From: an uncultured bacterium | GTDB taxonomy: Bacteria; Pseudomonadota; Gammaproteobacteria; Pseudomonadales; JADFDG01 | Length of the DNA: 64,000 nucleotides | NCBI GenBank assembly: GCA_965232985.1 | Contig: CBDDRC010000042.1 | Coordinates: 281,299-345,298 of the forward strand | Reading direction: 5' to 3' | Part shown: piece after piece, positions 54,411-63,671 of the stretch | Layout of the letters: each line of letters opens with the position of its first letter | Numbering within the stretch: the stretch's first letter is position 1 | Translations under genes and position numbers: made by a program | The notes under the pieces: generated by a model | Database searches by the model: none | The model's input: only the letters and a program-made list of their open reading frames with translations | Told to the model about the DNA's origin: nothing

Positions 54411-55418
54411 ATGCGCCTGCTAGCCGTCATCCTCTCTGCTTTTGCCCTGGCCATCATCTCACCGGCATCGCTCGCTCTGGAGAAGCGCTCGGTCTGCGTC
54501 TGGGACATTGTCGGCGCCCACGGCGACCTGTTCAGCGCGATGCAGGACTTCCGCATCGAATCAATGCGCTGGGGTGTCGATCTTGAACTGCGGCCCTACA
54601 CCAACGAAAAGATCGCCGCCGAAGATTTCAAGGCCGGCCAATGCGACGCCGTCTCCATGACCGGCCTGCGTGCCCGTGGCTTCAACAGCTACGCCGGCAC
54701 CATTGATTCCATCGGCAGCATCCCCGATACCGCGCACATGCGCCTGCTGCTGCAGGCGCTGGCAGATCCGAAAAGTGCGCCGAAACTCAAGAACGGCACC
54801 TTCGAGGTGGCCGGTATCGCACCGCTGGGCGCTGCCTACATCTTCACCCGCGACCGCACCATCAACAGCCTGACCAAGGCCTCCGGCAAGCGCGTTGCAG
54901 TACTCGACTACGACGCCTCGCAAGCCAAACTGGTCGCTCAGGTTGGCGCTTCGCCGGTGCCTTCCGACGTCACCAATTTCTCCGGCAAATTCAACAATGG
55001 CAGCGTCGACATCATTGGCGCACCACTGGCTGCCTACAAGCCGCTGGAGCTGTGGAAGGGTCTGGAGCCGAACGGCGGCATCATCGACTACCCGCTCCTC
55101 CAGCTGACCATACAGTTTCTCGTGCGCCAGGACCGGTTCAAAGATCTGCCTGACTACACGCAGAAATCCCGCCAGTACTTCTACAAGAACTTTGACAAGA
55201 TCCTGGCCGCCCTCGACAAGGCAGCGGTGGACGTGCCGAAAAAATACTACGTCAGTATCCCGGCCGCCGATCAAGTGAAATATGAAATCATGATGCGCGA
55301 CGCGCGTATCCAGTTGCGCACCGACGGCTACTACAACAGCGAAATGCTGACCTTGCTGCGCAAGGTCCGCTGCAAGATCAACGCCGCGCGGGCCGAGTGC
55401 ACCGACAAGCTCGAGTAA
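54411..55418 (+). CDS. periplasmic solute-binding-like protein (orphan, paralog A)
   Basis: 335 aa from MRLLAVIL, with GGAGA upstream, and a signal peptide. It is about 60-70% identical by eye to the 57107 gene. It resembles DctP/TRAP-type binding proteins only loosely (family recall, unverified). Confidence 0.65.
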   Translation: MRLLAVILSAFALAIISPASLALEKRSVCVWDIVGAHGDLFSAMQDFRIESMRWGVDLELRPYTNEKIAAEDFKAGQCDAVSMTGLRARGFNSYAGTIDSIGSIPDTAHMRLLLQALADPKSAPKLKNGTFEVAGIAPLGAAYIFTRDRTINSLTKASGKRVAVLDYDASQAKLVAQVGASPVPSDVTNFSGKFNNGSVDIIGAPLAAYKPLELWKGLEPNGGIIDYPLLQLTIQFLVRQDRFKDLPDYTQKSRQYFYKNFDKILAALDKAAVDVPKKYYVSIPAADQVKYEIMMRDARIQLRTDGYYNSEMLTLLRKVRCKINAARAECTDKLE

Positions 55419-55461
55419 AAATCGCGCGTGGCCTGCGCCACCGTATGACACCCTGCCGGCA

Positions 55462-56685
55462 ATGAGTGGCGACGCGGCGCGAACGCTCGCCACTTTGCTT
55501 GTCAACACCGCACCGCTCTGGCGCCCAGCGCCATTCCACGACGATCCTCCCTGGGTCAGCAGCACGCCGGCTCTCACCAGCGCGCTGCTTGCGTTCACTG
55601 ACGCCGAACTCCTCACACTCGAAAACGACCCGGATGCCCTGCAGCACTGCATCGGCAATCTCGCGCCAGCAGTAGCCGGGCTGCAGATCGCCGCCGCTGC
55701 CTGTCTTGGCCATCCGGCCGCCGCTGCCGTGCTCGCGTTGCCGGAAACCGCCGGGCGCGACGTGCCGGGCCGCAAGTGGCAGCAAGTGCTGCATTTCGCC
55801 ACCGCCTGCGGCCTTCCTTGCGGGCCGGTTGTTGAATGGTGCAGCGGCAAGGGGCATCTCGGCCGCCTGCTGGCGCGAGTGCATGGCATGCCTGTCACCG
55901 GCATTGAGCGCGATGCGGCGTTATGCGCCGAGGGTTCACGTCTGGCGGCACGCGCGCAGCTGGACGTGCGGTTCATACAGGCCGATGTCACCCGCACCAC
56001 GGCCAGTGCTGCGCAGCTGGTGCCGGCATCGCATGCGATCGCACTGCACGCCTGTGGCGACCTGCATGTCGCACTGCTGCGTACCGGGAGCAATGCCGGC
56101 ATCGCCGCATTTGACATCGCGCCGTGCTGTTACCACCTGATGCGCGCGCCGCACTGGACGCCCCTGAGCCAGGCACTCACTGCCACCTCGCTCGCCCACC
56201 TTGCCCTGAGCCGCGAGGATCTGCGTCTGGCCGTGCAGGAAACGGTGACGTCCAGCCCGCGCATATTGCGGCAGCAACGCAGACTCGCCGCCTGGCGACT
56301 GGGTTTTGACCAGCTGCAGCGTGAGCTCCGCGGTGTCGATACCTATCTGCCGACACCCTCATACCCGCTGCGGGTACTGGCCGACGGTTGCGCCGCGTTC
56401 TGTGCCAGGCTCGCGACACACCATGGCCTCACCCTGCCTGCCGGTCTGGATTTCACCCGCCTGGAACAGGCAGGTAGCGCGCGCCTGGCACGGATCCGTC
56501 GGCTTCAGTTGCTGCGCCACGCCTGCCGACGGCCGCTGGAGGTGCTGCTGGTCATGGATCGCGCCCTCTGGCTTGCCGAACAGGGTTATGCCGTCGAGGT
56601 ATACCCGTTCTGCCCTCGCCCGCTGACGCCACGCAATCTGCTGATCCGGGCGCGCCGAACCGAGCCCATACCGATATATCCCTGA
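55462..56685 (+). CDS. SAM-dependent methyltransferase-like protein
   Basis: 407 aa. VVEWCSGKGHLGRLLA...VTGIERD...FIQADV is a class I MTase motif I / post-I / motif II arrangement. Long flanking regions are of unknown function. Confidence 0.65.
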   Translation: MSGDAARTLATLLVNTAPLWRPAPFHDDPPWVSSTPALTSALLAFTDAELLTLENDPDALQHCIGNLAPAVAGLQIAAAACLGHPAAAAVLALPETAGRDVPGRKWQQVLHFATACGLPCGPVVEWCSGKGHLGRLLARVHGMPVTGIERDAALCAEGSRLAARAQLDVRFIQADVTRTTASAAQLVPASHAIALHACGDLHVALLRTGSNAGIAAFDIAPCCYHLMRAPHWTPLSQALTATSLAHLALSREDLRLAVQETVTSSPRILRQQRRLAAWRLGFDQLQRELRGVDTYLPTPSYPLRVLADGCAAFCARLATHHGLTLPAGLDFTRLEQAGSARLARIRRLQLLRHACRRPLEVLLVMDRALWLAEQGYAVEVYPFCPRPLTPRNLLIRARRTEPIPIYP

Positions 56686-56753
56686 CTGGCGTCAATACCG
56701 CAATCTGCCCCTGTGATTTGATTTCAGCCAACTCGTTACGCAGGTGGGGGCAT

Positions 56754-56918
56754 ATGGACGCAATCTTCAGCAAGGATTTCGGATCGCTGGGCATGGTACT
56801 GATTGTCTTTGTTATCGCCTTCACGGCCGTGCTGATGCCGGTGGGCATCTACGTCGTGATGAAACGGATGGCAAAGCAAGCCGGGGAACAGGAGCAGGCC
56901 AACTCGAAGCGCCAATAA
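56754..56918 (+). CDS. small single-pass membrane protein (54 aa)
   Basis: MDAIFSKDFGSLGMVLIVFVIAFTAVLMPVGIYVVMKRMAKQAGEQEQANSKRQ has one TM helix and a basic tail. A purine-rich tract lies upstream. Confidence 0.4.
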   Translation: MDAIFSKDFGSLGMVLIVFVIAFTAVLMPVGIYVVMKRMAKQAGEQEQANSKRQ

Positions 56919-57106
56919 CTCCGGTATCCGGCGCACGACGAGACAGCAGCACGGCCGGGTTGACCAGATTGCCCGGGCCAGCTGCCAAACCAATCATTGA
57001 ACCCGGTCCGGCGGGGGGGCGAGAATGCGGCGGCGTGCTTGGCTGGCGTCTACAGCAGCCAGGCGGCACCGGAGGCCCCTCCGCATAACAAGACCGGATA
57101 ACCACC

Positions 57107-58144
57107 ATGAGATTGCCAGGCCTGATTACCCTGCTGTTCGCCCCACTGTTCGCCTCGACACTTGCCCTGGCCATTGAGGCCACACCCGCACCCAAACCAC
57201 CGGCCCAAACCATCAAGGCCCGCTTCTGCGTGTGGGACATTGCCGGCGCGCACGGCGACATCTTCCGCACCATGCAGGACTACCGCCTCGAGATGCTCAA
57301 GCACGGCGTGGATTTCGAGCTCTTTCCATATACCAGCGAGAAAATCGCCGCCGAGGATTTCAAGGCCGGCCGGTGCGACGCAGTCGATCTGACCACGATG
57401 CGTGCCCGCAACTTCATCAAATACTCCGGCACCCTGGATGCCATCGGCGCACTGCCGACCACCGAACATGTACGCCTTGCCCTGTCAGCGTTGGCCGACC
57501 CGCGCATGGCATCAAAACTCAAGAGCGGTCCGTTCGAGGTCGCCGGTATCGTGCCGATCGGCCCGGCCTATGTGTTTACCCGCGACCGCCGGATCGATTC
57601 CATCACCAAGGCCGCCGGCAAGCGCATCGCCGTACTCGACTATGACCCAACCCAGTCGAAAATGGTTGCGCAACTGGGTGCCGCACCGGTGCCGTCGGAT
57701 GTCACCAACTTCGCCGGCAAATTCAATAACGGCAGCGTCGATATCATCGTCGCACCGCTGGCCGTCTATCGGCCGTTCGAACTGTACAAGGGCCTCGAAC
57801 CCAACGGCGCGATCATCGATTTCCCGTTCACCCAGATATCCGCGCAGGTGCTGGTCCGCAGCGACAAATTCCCGCCGGAAATGCTGCAATTCGCCCGTGA
57901 GCAGGTTTTCCAGAATTTCGACAAAGTGCTGGGCATTCTCGCCGCGATGAGCCAGGACATCCCGAGCAAGTACTGGGTGAAAATCCAGGAAGTCGACAAG
58001 ATCAAGTACGAGATCATGATGCGTGATGCCCGCATCCAGTTACGCGACGAAGGCTACTACGACGGCGAGATGCTCACCCTGCTGCGCAAGGTTCGCTGCA
58101 AGGTCGAGCCGGGCCGCGCCGAGTGCACCGACAAGTTTGAATAG
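57107..58144 (+). CDS. periplasmic solute-binding-like protein (orphan, paralog B)
   Basis: 345 aa with a signal peptide. It is colinear with paralog A, including CVWDI.GAHGD, EKIAAEDFKAG.CDAV, VPSDVTNF.GKFNNGSVDII, KYEIMMRDARIQLR and the C-terminal LLRKVRCK....AECTDK.E. Confidence 0.65.
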   Translation: MRLPGLITLLFAPLFASTLALAIEATPAPKPPAQTIKARFCVWDIAGAHGDIFRTMQDYRLEMLKHGVDFELFPYTSEKIAAEDFKAGRCDAVDLTTMRARNFIKYSGTLDAIGALPTTEHVRLALSALADPRMASKLKSGPFEVAGIVPIGPAYVFTRDRRIDSITKAAGKRIAVLDYDPTQSKMVAQLGAAPVPSDVTNFAGKFNNGSVDIIVAPLAVYRPFELYKGLEPNGAIIDFPFTQISAQVLVRSDKFPPEMLQFAREQVFQNFDKVLGILAAMSQDIPSKYWVKIQEVDKIKYEIMMRDARIQLRDEGYYDGEMLTLLRKVRCKVEPGRAECTDKFE

Positions 58145-58160
58145 CCGCCTGCCGTCGCTG

Positions 58161-58189
58161 GCACTTGCACTTGCACTTGCGCACTTGCA
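58161..58189. repeat. hexanucleotide tandem repeat (CACTTG/GCACTT) upstream of the MarC-family gene
   Basis: GCACTTGCACTTGCACTTGCGCACTTGCA: three perfect hexamers plus a fourth after a 2-nt interruption. It lies in the 66-bp intergenic gap. Confidence 0.85.
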
Positions 58190-58210
58190 TAAAAAGCGCC
58201 GGCGCCGCGA

Positions 58211-58822
58211 GTGCACATGAACATGGATTTCACCGCCACCGCACTGCTGCTGTTCCTCGTCCTCGATCCGCTGGGCAACATTCCGTTGTTCCTGGCGCAG
58301 TTGCGGGCGGTTCCGGAGGCACGGCGGCGGCATGTGGTATTGCGCGAACTCGGTGTTGCCTATCTGGTGCTGCTGTTTTTCCTGTTCGCCGGCGCCGGCT
58401 TCATGAAGTTGCTGGCGCTGGATGTTGCAACAGTGAACATCGCCGGCGGTCTGGTGCTGTTCCTGATCGCCCTGCGGATGATCTTTCCCGTAGCGAACGA
58501 TATGTACGGCAATACCAGCAGCAGCCCCACCGAACCCTTTATCGTGCCGCTGGCCATCCCGGCGGTAGCCGGGCCGGGCGCGCTTGGTCTGGTGTTGCTG
58601 CTGCGCGAAGCGCACCCGGATCAGACCCTGACACTGTTCGCGGCAATCTCAACCGCGTGGCTGGCCAGCGCTGCCATCCTCGCGGCGTCCGGCCGCATCC
58701 ATCGCCTGCTCAAGGAGCAGGGCATCGTCGCCATGGAACGCCTCATGGGTCTGGTGCTGGTGATGATTGCCGTGCAGATGTTTATCGATGCGCTGCGCGC
58801 TATCGGCGCACTGCCAGCGTAG
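58211..58822 (+). CDS. MarC-family (UPF0056) integral membrane protein
   Basis: 203 aa. LLLFLVLDPLGNIPLF and PLAIPAVAGPGAL are MarC family signatures. The start is ambiguous (GTG 58211, ATG 58217 or 58223). Confidence 0.85.
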   Translation: MHMNMDFTATALLLFLVLDPLGNIPLFLAQLRAVPEARRRHVVLRELGVAYLVLLFFLFAGAGFMKLLALDVATVNIAGGLVLFLIALRMIFPVANDMYGNTSSSPTEPFIVPLAIPAVAGPGALGLVLLLREAHPDQTLTLFAAISTAWLASAAILAASGRIHRLLKEQGIVAMERLMGLVLVMIAVQMFIDALRAIGALPA

Positions 58823-58824
58823 AT

Positions 58825-59793
58825 TTATTCGCGCTTGCCGCGCAGCGGGATCACGTCAACCGGGTGATCGGCGTAACGGCCGATGTGTTTGTGAACGAAA
58901 CGTCCGATCTCGCGCACAGCGTCCTTGCCCTCGGGAATGATATGCGCCATCACCTGGAAGACATGCATCATTTCCGGGTAGACGGTGAGCTGTACCGGGA
59001 TACCCGCACGCTGTGCGGCTGCCACCACGCGCTGCGCGTCGGACAACAGCACTTCCGTTGAACCCACCTGCACCAGGATGGGCGGCAAGCCGCTGTAGTC
59101 GGCGTAAACCGGCGACAGCATCGGATCGTGCGGCGAATGCTCACCCGCATAAATTTTTGCCAGGAACTTCAACAGACTCACCGGGATCATCGGATCATGG
59201 TGTGCGTTCTCATGCATTGATTCCCCGGTGGCAGAAAGATCCGCCCAGGGCGAGATGCACACCGCACCGGCCGGCATCGGCAACCCCAGCTCGCGGAATT
59301 TCAGCAACGCCACCAGCGTCAGATTGCCGCCGGCACTGTCGCCACCGATAAAAATGTTCTGCGCCTCGTACCCGCGCGCGAGCAGCCAGCGATAGACACG
59401 CACCACATCCCAGATCGGCGTCGGATATTCATGATCAGGCGGCTGGCGATAATCGACGGCGAGAACCTTCATTTTCCCGGTCTGCGAAATGCGCCAGGTC
59501 AGCGCCCGATGCGAGCGTGGCGAGCCGAAGAAATACCCACCGCCGTGCAGATAGATGAAGACCCGGTCCTGATGCAGCTCGTCGGCACAGAGCACCCACT
59601 CGCAAGGCACATCGTCGGCATGCACCGGAACGATCTGGGCATTGCCGGGCACCGGCAGCAACATGGTCAGCGTGTCGAATGCCAGTTGCGAAAATTTCAT
59701 CACGCGCGGCGTCAGCTTTACCCGCGCCACTGCCGGTTTCAACAGGTTGCGCAACGCAAGGTTGATTGCCTGGGCCTGCCAACTTACTGCCAT
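58825..59793 (-). CDS. alpha/beta hydrolase (hormone-sensitive-lipase-type esterase)
   Basis: 322 aa from MAVSWQ, with GGAGAG upstream. The oxyanion motif is YLHGGGY and the nucleophile elbow is GDSAGGN. The C-terminal region carries H and D residues. Confidence 0.85.
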   Translation of the reverse strand: MAVSWQAQAINLALRNLLKPAVARVKLTPRVMKFSQLAFDTLTMLLPVPGNAQIVPVHADDVPCEWVLCADELHQDRVFIYLHGGGYFFGSPRSHRALTWRISQTGKMKVLAVDYRQPPDHEYPTPIWDVVRVYRWLLARGYEAQNIFIGGDSAGGNLTLVALLKFRELGLPMPAGAVCISPWADLSATGESMHENAHHDPMIPVSLLKFLAKIYAGEHSPHDPMLSPVYADYSGLPPILVQVGSTEVLLSDAQRVVAAAQRAGIPVQLTVYPEMMHVFQVMAHIIPEGKDAVREIGRFVHKHIGRYADHPVDVIPLRGKRE

Positions 59794-59801
59794 ATCACTC
59801 T

Positions 59802-59829
59802 CCACATTGGTCTCGCCACATTGGTCTCG
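59802..59829. repeat. perfect 14-bp tandem duplication just upstream of the esterase start codon
   Basis: CCACATTGGTCTCG occurs at 59802-59815 and again at 59816-59829. It lies in the divergent esterase / PhyH intergenic region. Confidence 0.9.
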
Positions 59830-60010
59830 CGCCGAACCCCCGCAGCAGCGCATACAGTAATGCCTTGCCCCCAGGCAACGCCAATGCAGCGGATCCGGAA
59901 AGTGGTATGACCAATTTTCCAGACTGCCCCTGCCGACCAACGGCATGGCGTTTTGTCTTCGCGATAGCTAAATTGGTCAGACCACTTTCTCATGCTCGAC
60001 GAGACCCCCC

Positions 60011-60811
60011 ATGCCCCTGCGCCCCCTGACCGCCGAGCAACGCCAACACTACGACGACCAGGGCTGGCTGCTGCTGCGTGGTCTGTTCAGTGCGGCGGAA
60101 CTCGCGCCCTGGCTGCAACGCCTGGACGACATCATCACCGGCAAGGTGCCGAGGCCCGGCACCATGCTGGTCATGAAGGACGTGATGGTCGCCAAGGGCC
60201 GGGTCCAGGCTGCACAACCCCAGCATGCGATTGCCAAACTCCAGGATCTGCAGGACGACGCGGTCTTCAGCACCTATCTGGCCCACGAAAAGCTGCTCGA
60301 CGTGGTCGAGAATTTTTGTGGCCCGAACATCAAGACTGTCCACAACATGCTGATCAACAAGCCACCGGGCGTCGACGGTCGCCACCCGCTGCACCAGGAT
60401 CTGCTCTATTTCCCGTTCCGCCCGGCTGACCGGATCGTCGCCACCTGGACGGCCATGGAGCGTGTCAATCGCGAAAACGGCTGTCTTGCGGTGATTCCCG
60501 GCTCGCACAAAAACGGACTGCTTGAGCACGGCGACATCGCCGACGGCCATGACATCAACCGGGCCTACTTCGGCGCGAAAAATATCGACCTCGACCAGCG
60601 CATACACGTCGAGATGGAAGCGGGCGATGTGCTGTTCTTTCACCCCATCCTGTTGCACGGCTCCGGCCGCAACCGCTCGCAGGGCTGTCGCCGGGCGATC
60701 TCCGCCCACTATGCTGCCGGCGATTGCCACTACATTCCCAACGGCGAGCAGATGGCGCAGGTTCGCTACTATCGCCGCGTGCGCGGCCACGACGTGCCAG
60801 GAGGCATCTGA
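60011..60811 (+). CDS. phytanoyl-CoA dioxygenase (PhyH) family Fe(II)/2-oxoglutarate oxygenase
   Basis: 266 aa. The HxD facial-triad motif is HPLHQDLLYFP, with the distal His in FFHPILLHGSGRNRS. Confidence 0.85.
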   Translation: MPLRPLTAEQRQHYDDQGWLLLRGLFSAAELAPWLQRLDDIITGKVPRPGTMLVMKDVMVAKGRVQAAQPQHAIAKLQDLQDDAVFSTYLAHEKLLDVVENFCGPNIKTVHNMLINKPPGVDGRHPLHQDLLYFPFRPADRIVATWTAMERVNRENGCLAVIPGSHKNGLLEHGDIADGHDINRAYFGAKNIDLDQRIHVEMEAGDVLFFHPILLHGSGRNRSQGCRRAISAHYAAGDCHYIPNGEQMAQVRYYRRVRGHDVPGGI

Positions 60812-60813
60812 CC

Positions 60814-61557
60814 ATGGTTGCGAACGCCGCCACCAAGCCGCCGGCAAAGGAATTACGCGCCGCCGATCCGCGCAAGAGCTTGTCGCAAGCACTCTACGAA
60901 ACCTTGCGCGACAAGATCATCGCCGGGAAGTATCCACCGGGCACGCGCCTGCCAGCCGAGCGTGAGCTGGTCGAATTGTATGGCGTGAATCGCGGCGCAG
61001 TGCGCGAAGCCATCAATCGCCTTGCCCAGGCAAAACTGGTCGCCACCGTGCATGGCGGCGGCACCCGGGTGGAAAACTACCTTGCCACCGCCGGCCTCGA
61101 CCTGCTCGTCAATCTGGTCGTATCCGGTGACGCTACGCACCGGCGTGCAGCAGTACTCAGCCTGATCCAGATGCGCACGGCGCTGGCCGTCGATGCTGCC
61201 CGGCTTGCCGCACTGCGCCACAACGACATGCAGATCGCCGCCATCCGCGCACTGGCGCAAGAGCTGAACGCGATTGCCGACAACGCCGCCCTGCAGGAGC
61301 GCCTGCTGACAATCTGGGAAGCCGTGGTCGATGCCAGCGGCAACGTTGCCTACCGGCTCGCCTTCAACACCCTGCGCGACAGCTACGTGCTGTTCGGCAA
61401 GTTCATGCACAAGGTGATCCGCGAATCCTTCCACGCGCCGGACTACCGCGTATTCATTGAGGCACTCGGCGCCCGCGATGCAGTGCGCGCCGAGCGCGGA
61501 GCGAGAAGGATCGCCGACAAGGATGCCGCCGTGTTTATCGCACGGTTTTCGCTGTAA
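60814..61557 (+). CDS. GntR/FadR-family transcriptional regulator
   Basis: 247 aa. The wHTH is LYETLRDKIIAGKYPPGTRLPAERELVELYGVNRGAVREAINRLAQAKLV, followed by a helical FCD-like C-terminal domain. AGGAGG lies upstream of the ATG at 60814. Confidence 0.85.
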   Translation: MVANAATKPPAKELRAADPRKSLSQALYETLRDKIIAGKYPPGTRLPAERELVELYGVNRGAVREAINRLAQAKLVATVHGGGTRVENYLATAGLDLLVNLVVSGDATHRRAAVLSLIQMRTALAVDAARLAALRHNDMQIAAIRALAQELNAIADNAALQERLLTIWEAVVDASGNVAYRLAFNTLRDSYVLFGKFMHKVIRESFHAPDYRVFIEALGARDAVRAERGARRIADKDAAVFIARFSL

Positions 61558-61614
61558 CCCGGCACACAGTGCCGTCTGACATACCCGATAACAAGAAATA
61601 CCGGAGCAGCCATC

Positions 61615-63507
61615 TTGCGAATTTTCCCCCTCATTTGCCTGCTGTTGGCGACCCTCCAGTCGCCAGCAACGCTCGCCGTCGAGTCATTCGGCGAGTCATC
61701 CGGCGTGTCCGACGCCGAACTTGCGCAACTGATCACCGCCATTGCGCGCGACCCGGCAGCAATAAACCGCCAGCACACCGTCCTCCAGCGCCTGTCCGCC
61801 GCGCAGATGGCCCAGGCCATTGAGTCGACCGGCAACTCGCACTTCACCTGGCTGTACCCGATGATCCTGCGCGCCCAAGACTATCCGCAGCTCGCCGGCA
61901 CACCGATCGTACAGTTGTCAGTGCTGGCCGTACGCGACGGCAAACTCATCCCGATTCCTTCCCAGATCGACGAGTTCGATACCCGCGGCCTGATCTACAT
62001 CCCCGGCACCGCAACCCCCGGCCCGCTCAATCCCGGCCTGATCAAACGCACGCGCAAGGCCGACGGCGTTGCCGGTCGTTTCGACAACAGCGATGAACTG
62101 GTGTTCATGTACCGCGATGCCGGACTGCGCCAGGCAACGCCGGAAGAGTTGGCCAAGGTCACCGGCAAGGTGCTGGGCATCGTCGAATTGCATCGTGATG
62201 GCCTGGCGGCGCGCTACGCCTACGTCATGCAGGGCCAGCCGCTGCGATCAAGCGCCGACTACGTACGCATCGATCTTCCGCACGGCACTGCCCAAACTTC
62301 CGTTGCCGACATCGCCTGGGATCCGGATTCCATGACGATGCTCAAGCTCATCGCCCCGCGCGTTGGCCCATCGAGCGGCGTCAACATTGTCGACGGTGTT
62401 TACGGCGAGGTGAGTACCGGCATTCTGCAGAAAAACCTGCGCTTTTCCCTCAACACCAGCGACAACATTCGCGCCCAGCCAGTCGCAGTACGCGATGGCC
62501 CGGTGCGCGCCGTGATCCTGATCAAGCTGCGCATTTTCTATCTGGGCGTGCCGATATTCCACGATTTCATCAACATCGCCCTGTACGAACAGGGTGCGAG
62601 TCTGCTCGCCCGCATCAGTGCCGAAAGCCTCGATGCAGTAAAGTATTTTGTGAACATGATCAAGGATCCGCGTATCGAGGCAAGCATCGATTTCGCCGAC
62701 ATGCACGGTGCCGAGGTACGCTGGCATACGATTGACAACTGGCCGGAAAAAGCGATCGTCGATGGCCAGATGAGTTCCGTCGAGAACGCCATGAACACAG
62801 CGCGTTTTCCCGGCGACTGGTTGTGGATGGACAGCAAACGGGGTTGGCAGTTCTTCTTCAGTAATAATTTCGCGTTCGAAGACGACGGCATGATTCAGGC
62901 TTTCCTGGAGGGTATGACCGTCAACATGGTGTACGAAGACGACCCTCATGCAACCCGTGCAGGCGAACGCATACCGGGCGCCGGGCCACGCTTCGGCGTG
63001 CGCACCAGCGGCTTGCCACTGCTGGCCACCAGCCTGCTCACCACGTTGCGCGGCATTGATCTGAGCAAGCTCAAGGGCTTCGAGGATCTCATCGATCAGA
63101 TGATTGTCCTTGAAGACAAGGGCAAACTGGAGCGCCTCAACAAGCACATCAACCTCATTCAGCAGCGCCTGATTCAGGCAGGCAAACTCAACAGCCTGGA
63201 GGATCTCGCCGAGATGCTGGCGAAAGACGTCGACCGCATGGGGTTCAAGCCCGATGACAAGGCAAAGCTGGTGCGGATCGTACGGCGCGCGACCCTCGAA
63301 GGCGGCAACCTGGATGACTATCACCTCGGTCACGTACTCAAGGCCGCAAAGCGCATTGCTCCGGAAGAGGGCTTCGACCTGAATAACCTGCAGTTCGCAC
63401 TGCTCGACAACAGTCTCTGGTTTCCCGACGCGGTCGGCGCGGGTGGCCCGGCAGCATTCGACCGCGAAGTACGCAACCCGCCGACCGCAACGCTGCTGCC
63501 GCACTGA
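61615..63507 (+). CDS. large hypothetical secreted protein (630 aa)
   Basis: TTG start preceded by GGAG. It has a signal peptide (IFPLICLLLATLQSPATLA) and GC-rich third positions throughout. The 461-aa antisense ORF was rejected. No domain recognised by eye. Confidence 0.6.
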   Translation: MRIFPLICLLLATLQSPATLAVESFGESSGVSDAELAQLITAIARDPAAINRQHTVLQRLSAAQMAQAIESTGNSHFTWLYPMILRAQDYPQLAGTPIVQLSVLAVRDGKLIPIPSQIDEFDTRGLIYIPGTATPGPLNPGLIKRTRKADGVAGRFDNSDELVFMYRDAGLRQATPEELAKVTGKVLGIVELHRDGLAARYAYVMQGQPLRSSADYVRIDLPHGTAQTSVADIAWDPDSMTMLKLIAPRVGPSSGVNIVDGVYGEVSTGILQKNLRFSLNTSDNIRAQPVAVRDGPVRAVILIKLRIFYLGVPIFHDFINIALYEQGASLLARISAESLDAVKYFVNMIKDPRIEASIDFADMHGAEVRWHTIDNWPEKAIVDGQMSSVENAMNTARFPGDWLWMDSKRGWQFFFSNNFAFEDDGMIQAFLEGMTVNMVYEDDPHATRAGERIPGAGPRFGVRTSGLPLLATSLLTTLRGIDLSKLKGFEDLIDQMIVLEDKGKLERLNKHINLIQQRLIQAGKLNSLEDLAEMLAKDVDRMGFKPDDKAKLVRIVRRATLEGGNLDDYHLGHVLKAAKRIAPEEGFDLNNLQFALLDNSLWFPDAVGAGGPAAFDREVRNPPTATLLPH

Positions 63508-63671
63508 CAGCGTGGCATTACTGCCCGCCCGCAAGCCAACGGCAGCAGACGCAACGGCCTTACTCCAAGCGGGGGTATTGCTGGCCGGACGCCGCGCATC
63601 GGTGTTGTGGCCTTGAATTTCCCGCCGGGCCAACGATACTCAGCTCCCGCCCCTTACCCGGAGAATGAAAC

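Noticed and set aside
54411-58144. Interpreting the two binding-protein paralogs as part of a complete TRAP or ABC transporter locus.
   Set aside because: No DctQ/DctM-like membrane genes or ABC permease/ATPase genes lie in or next to the cluster. The only membrane ORF is a 54-aa single-pass peptide. They are therefore reported as orphan binding-like proteins.
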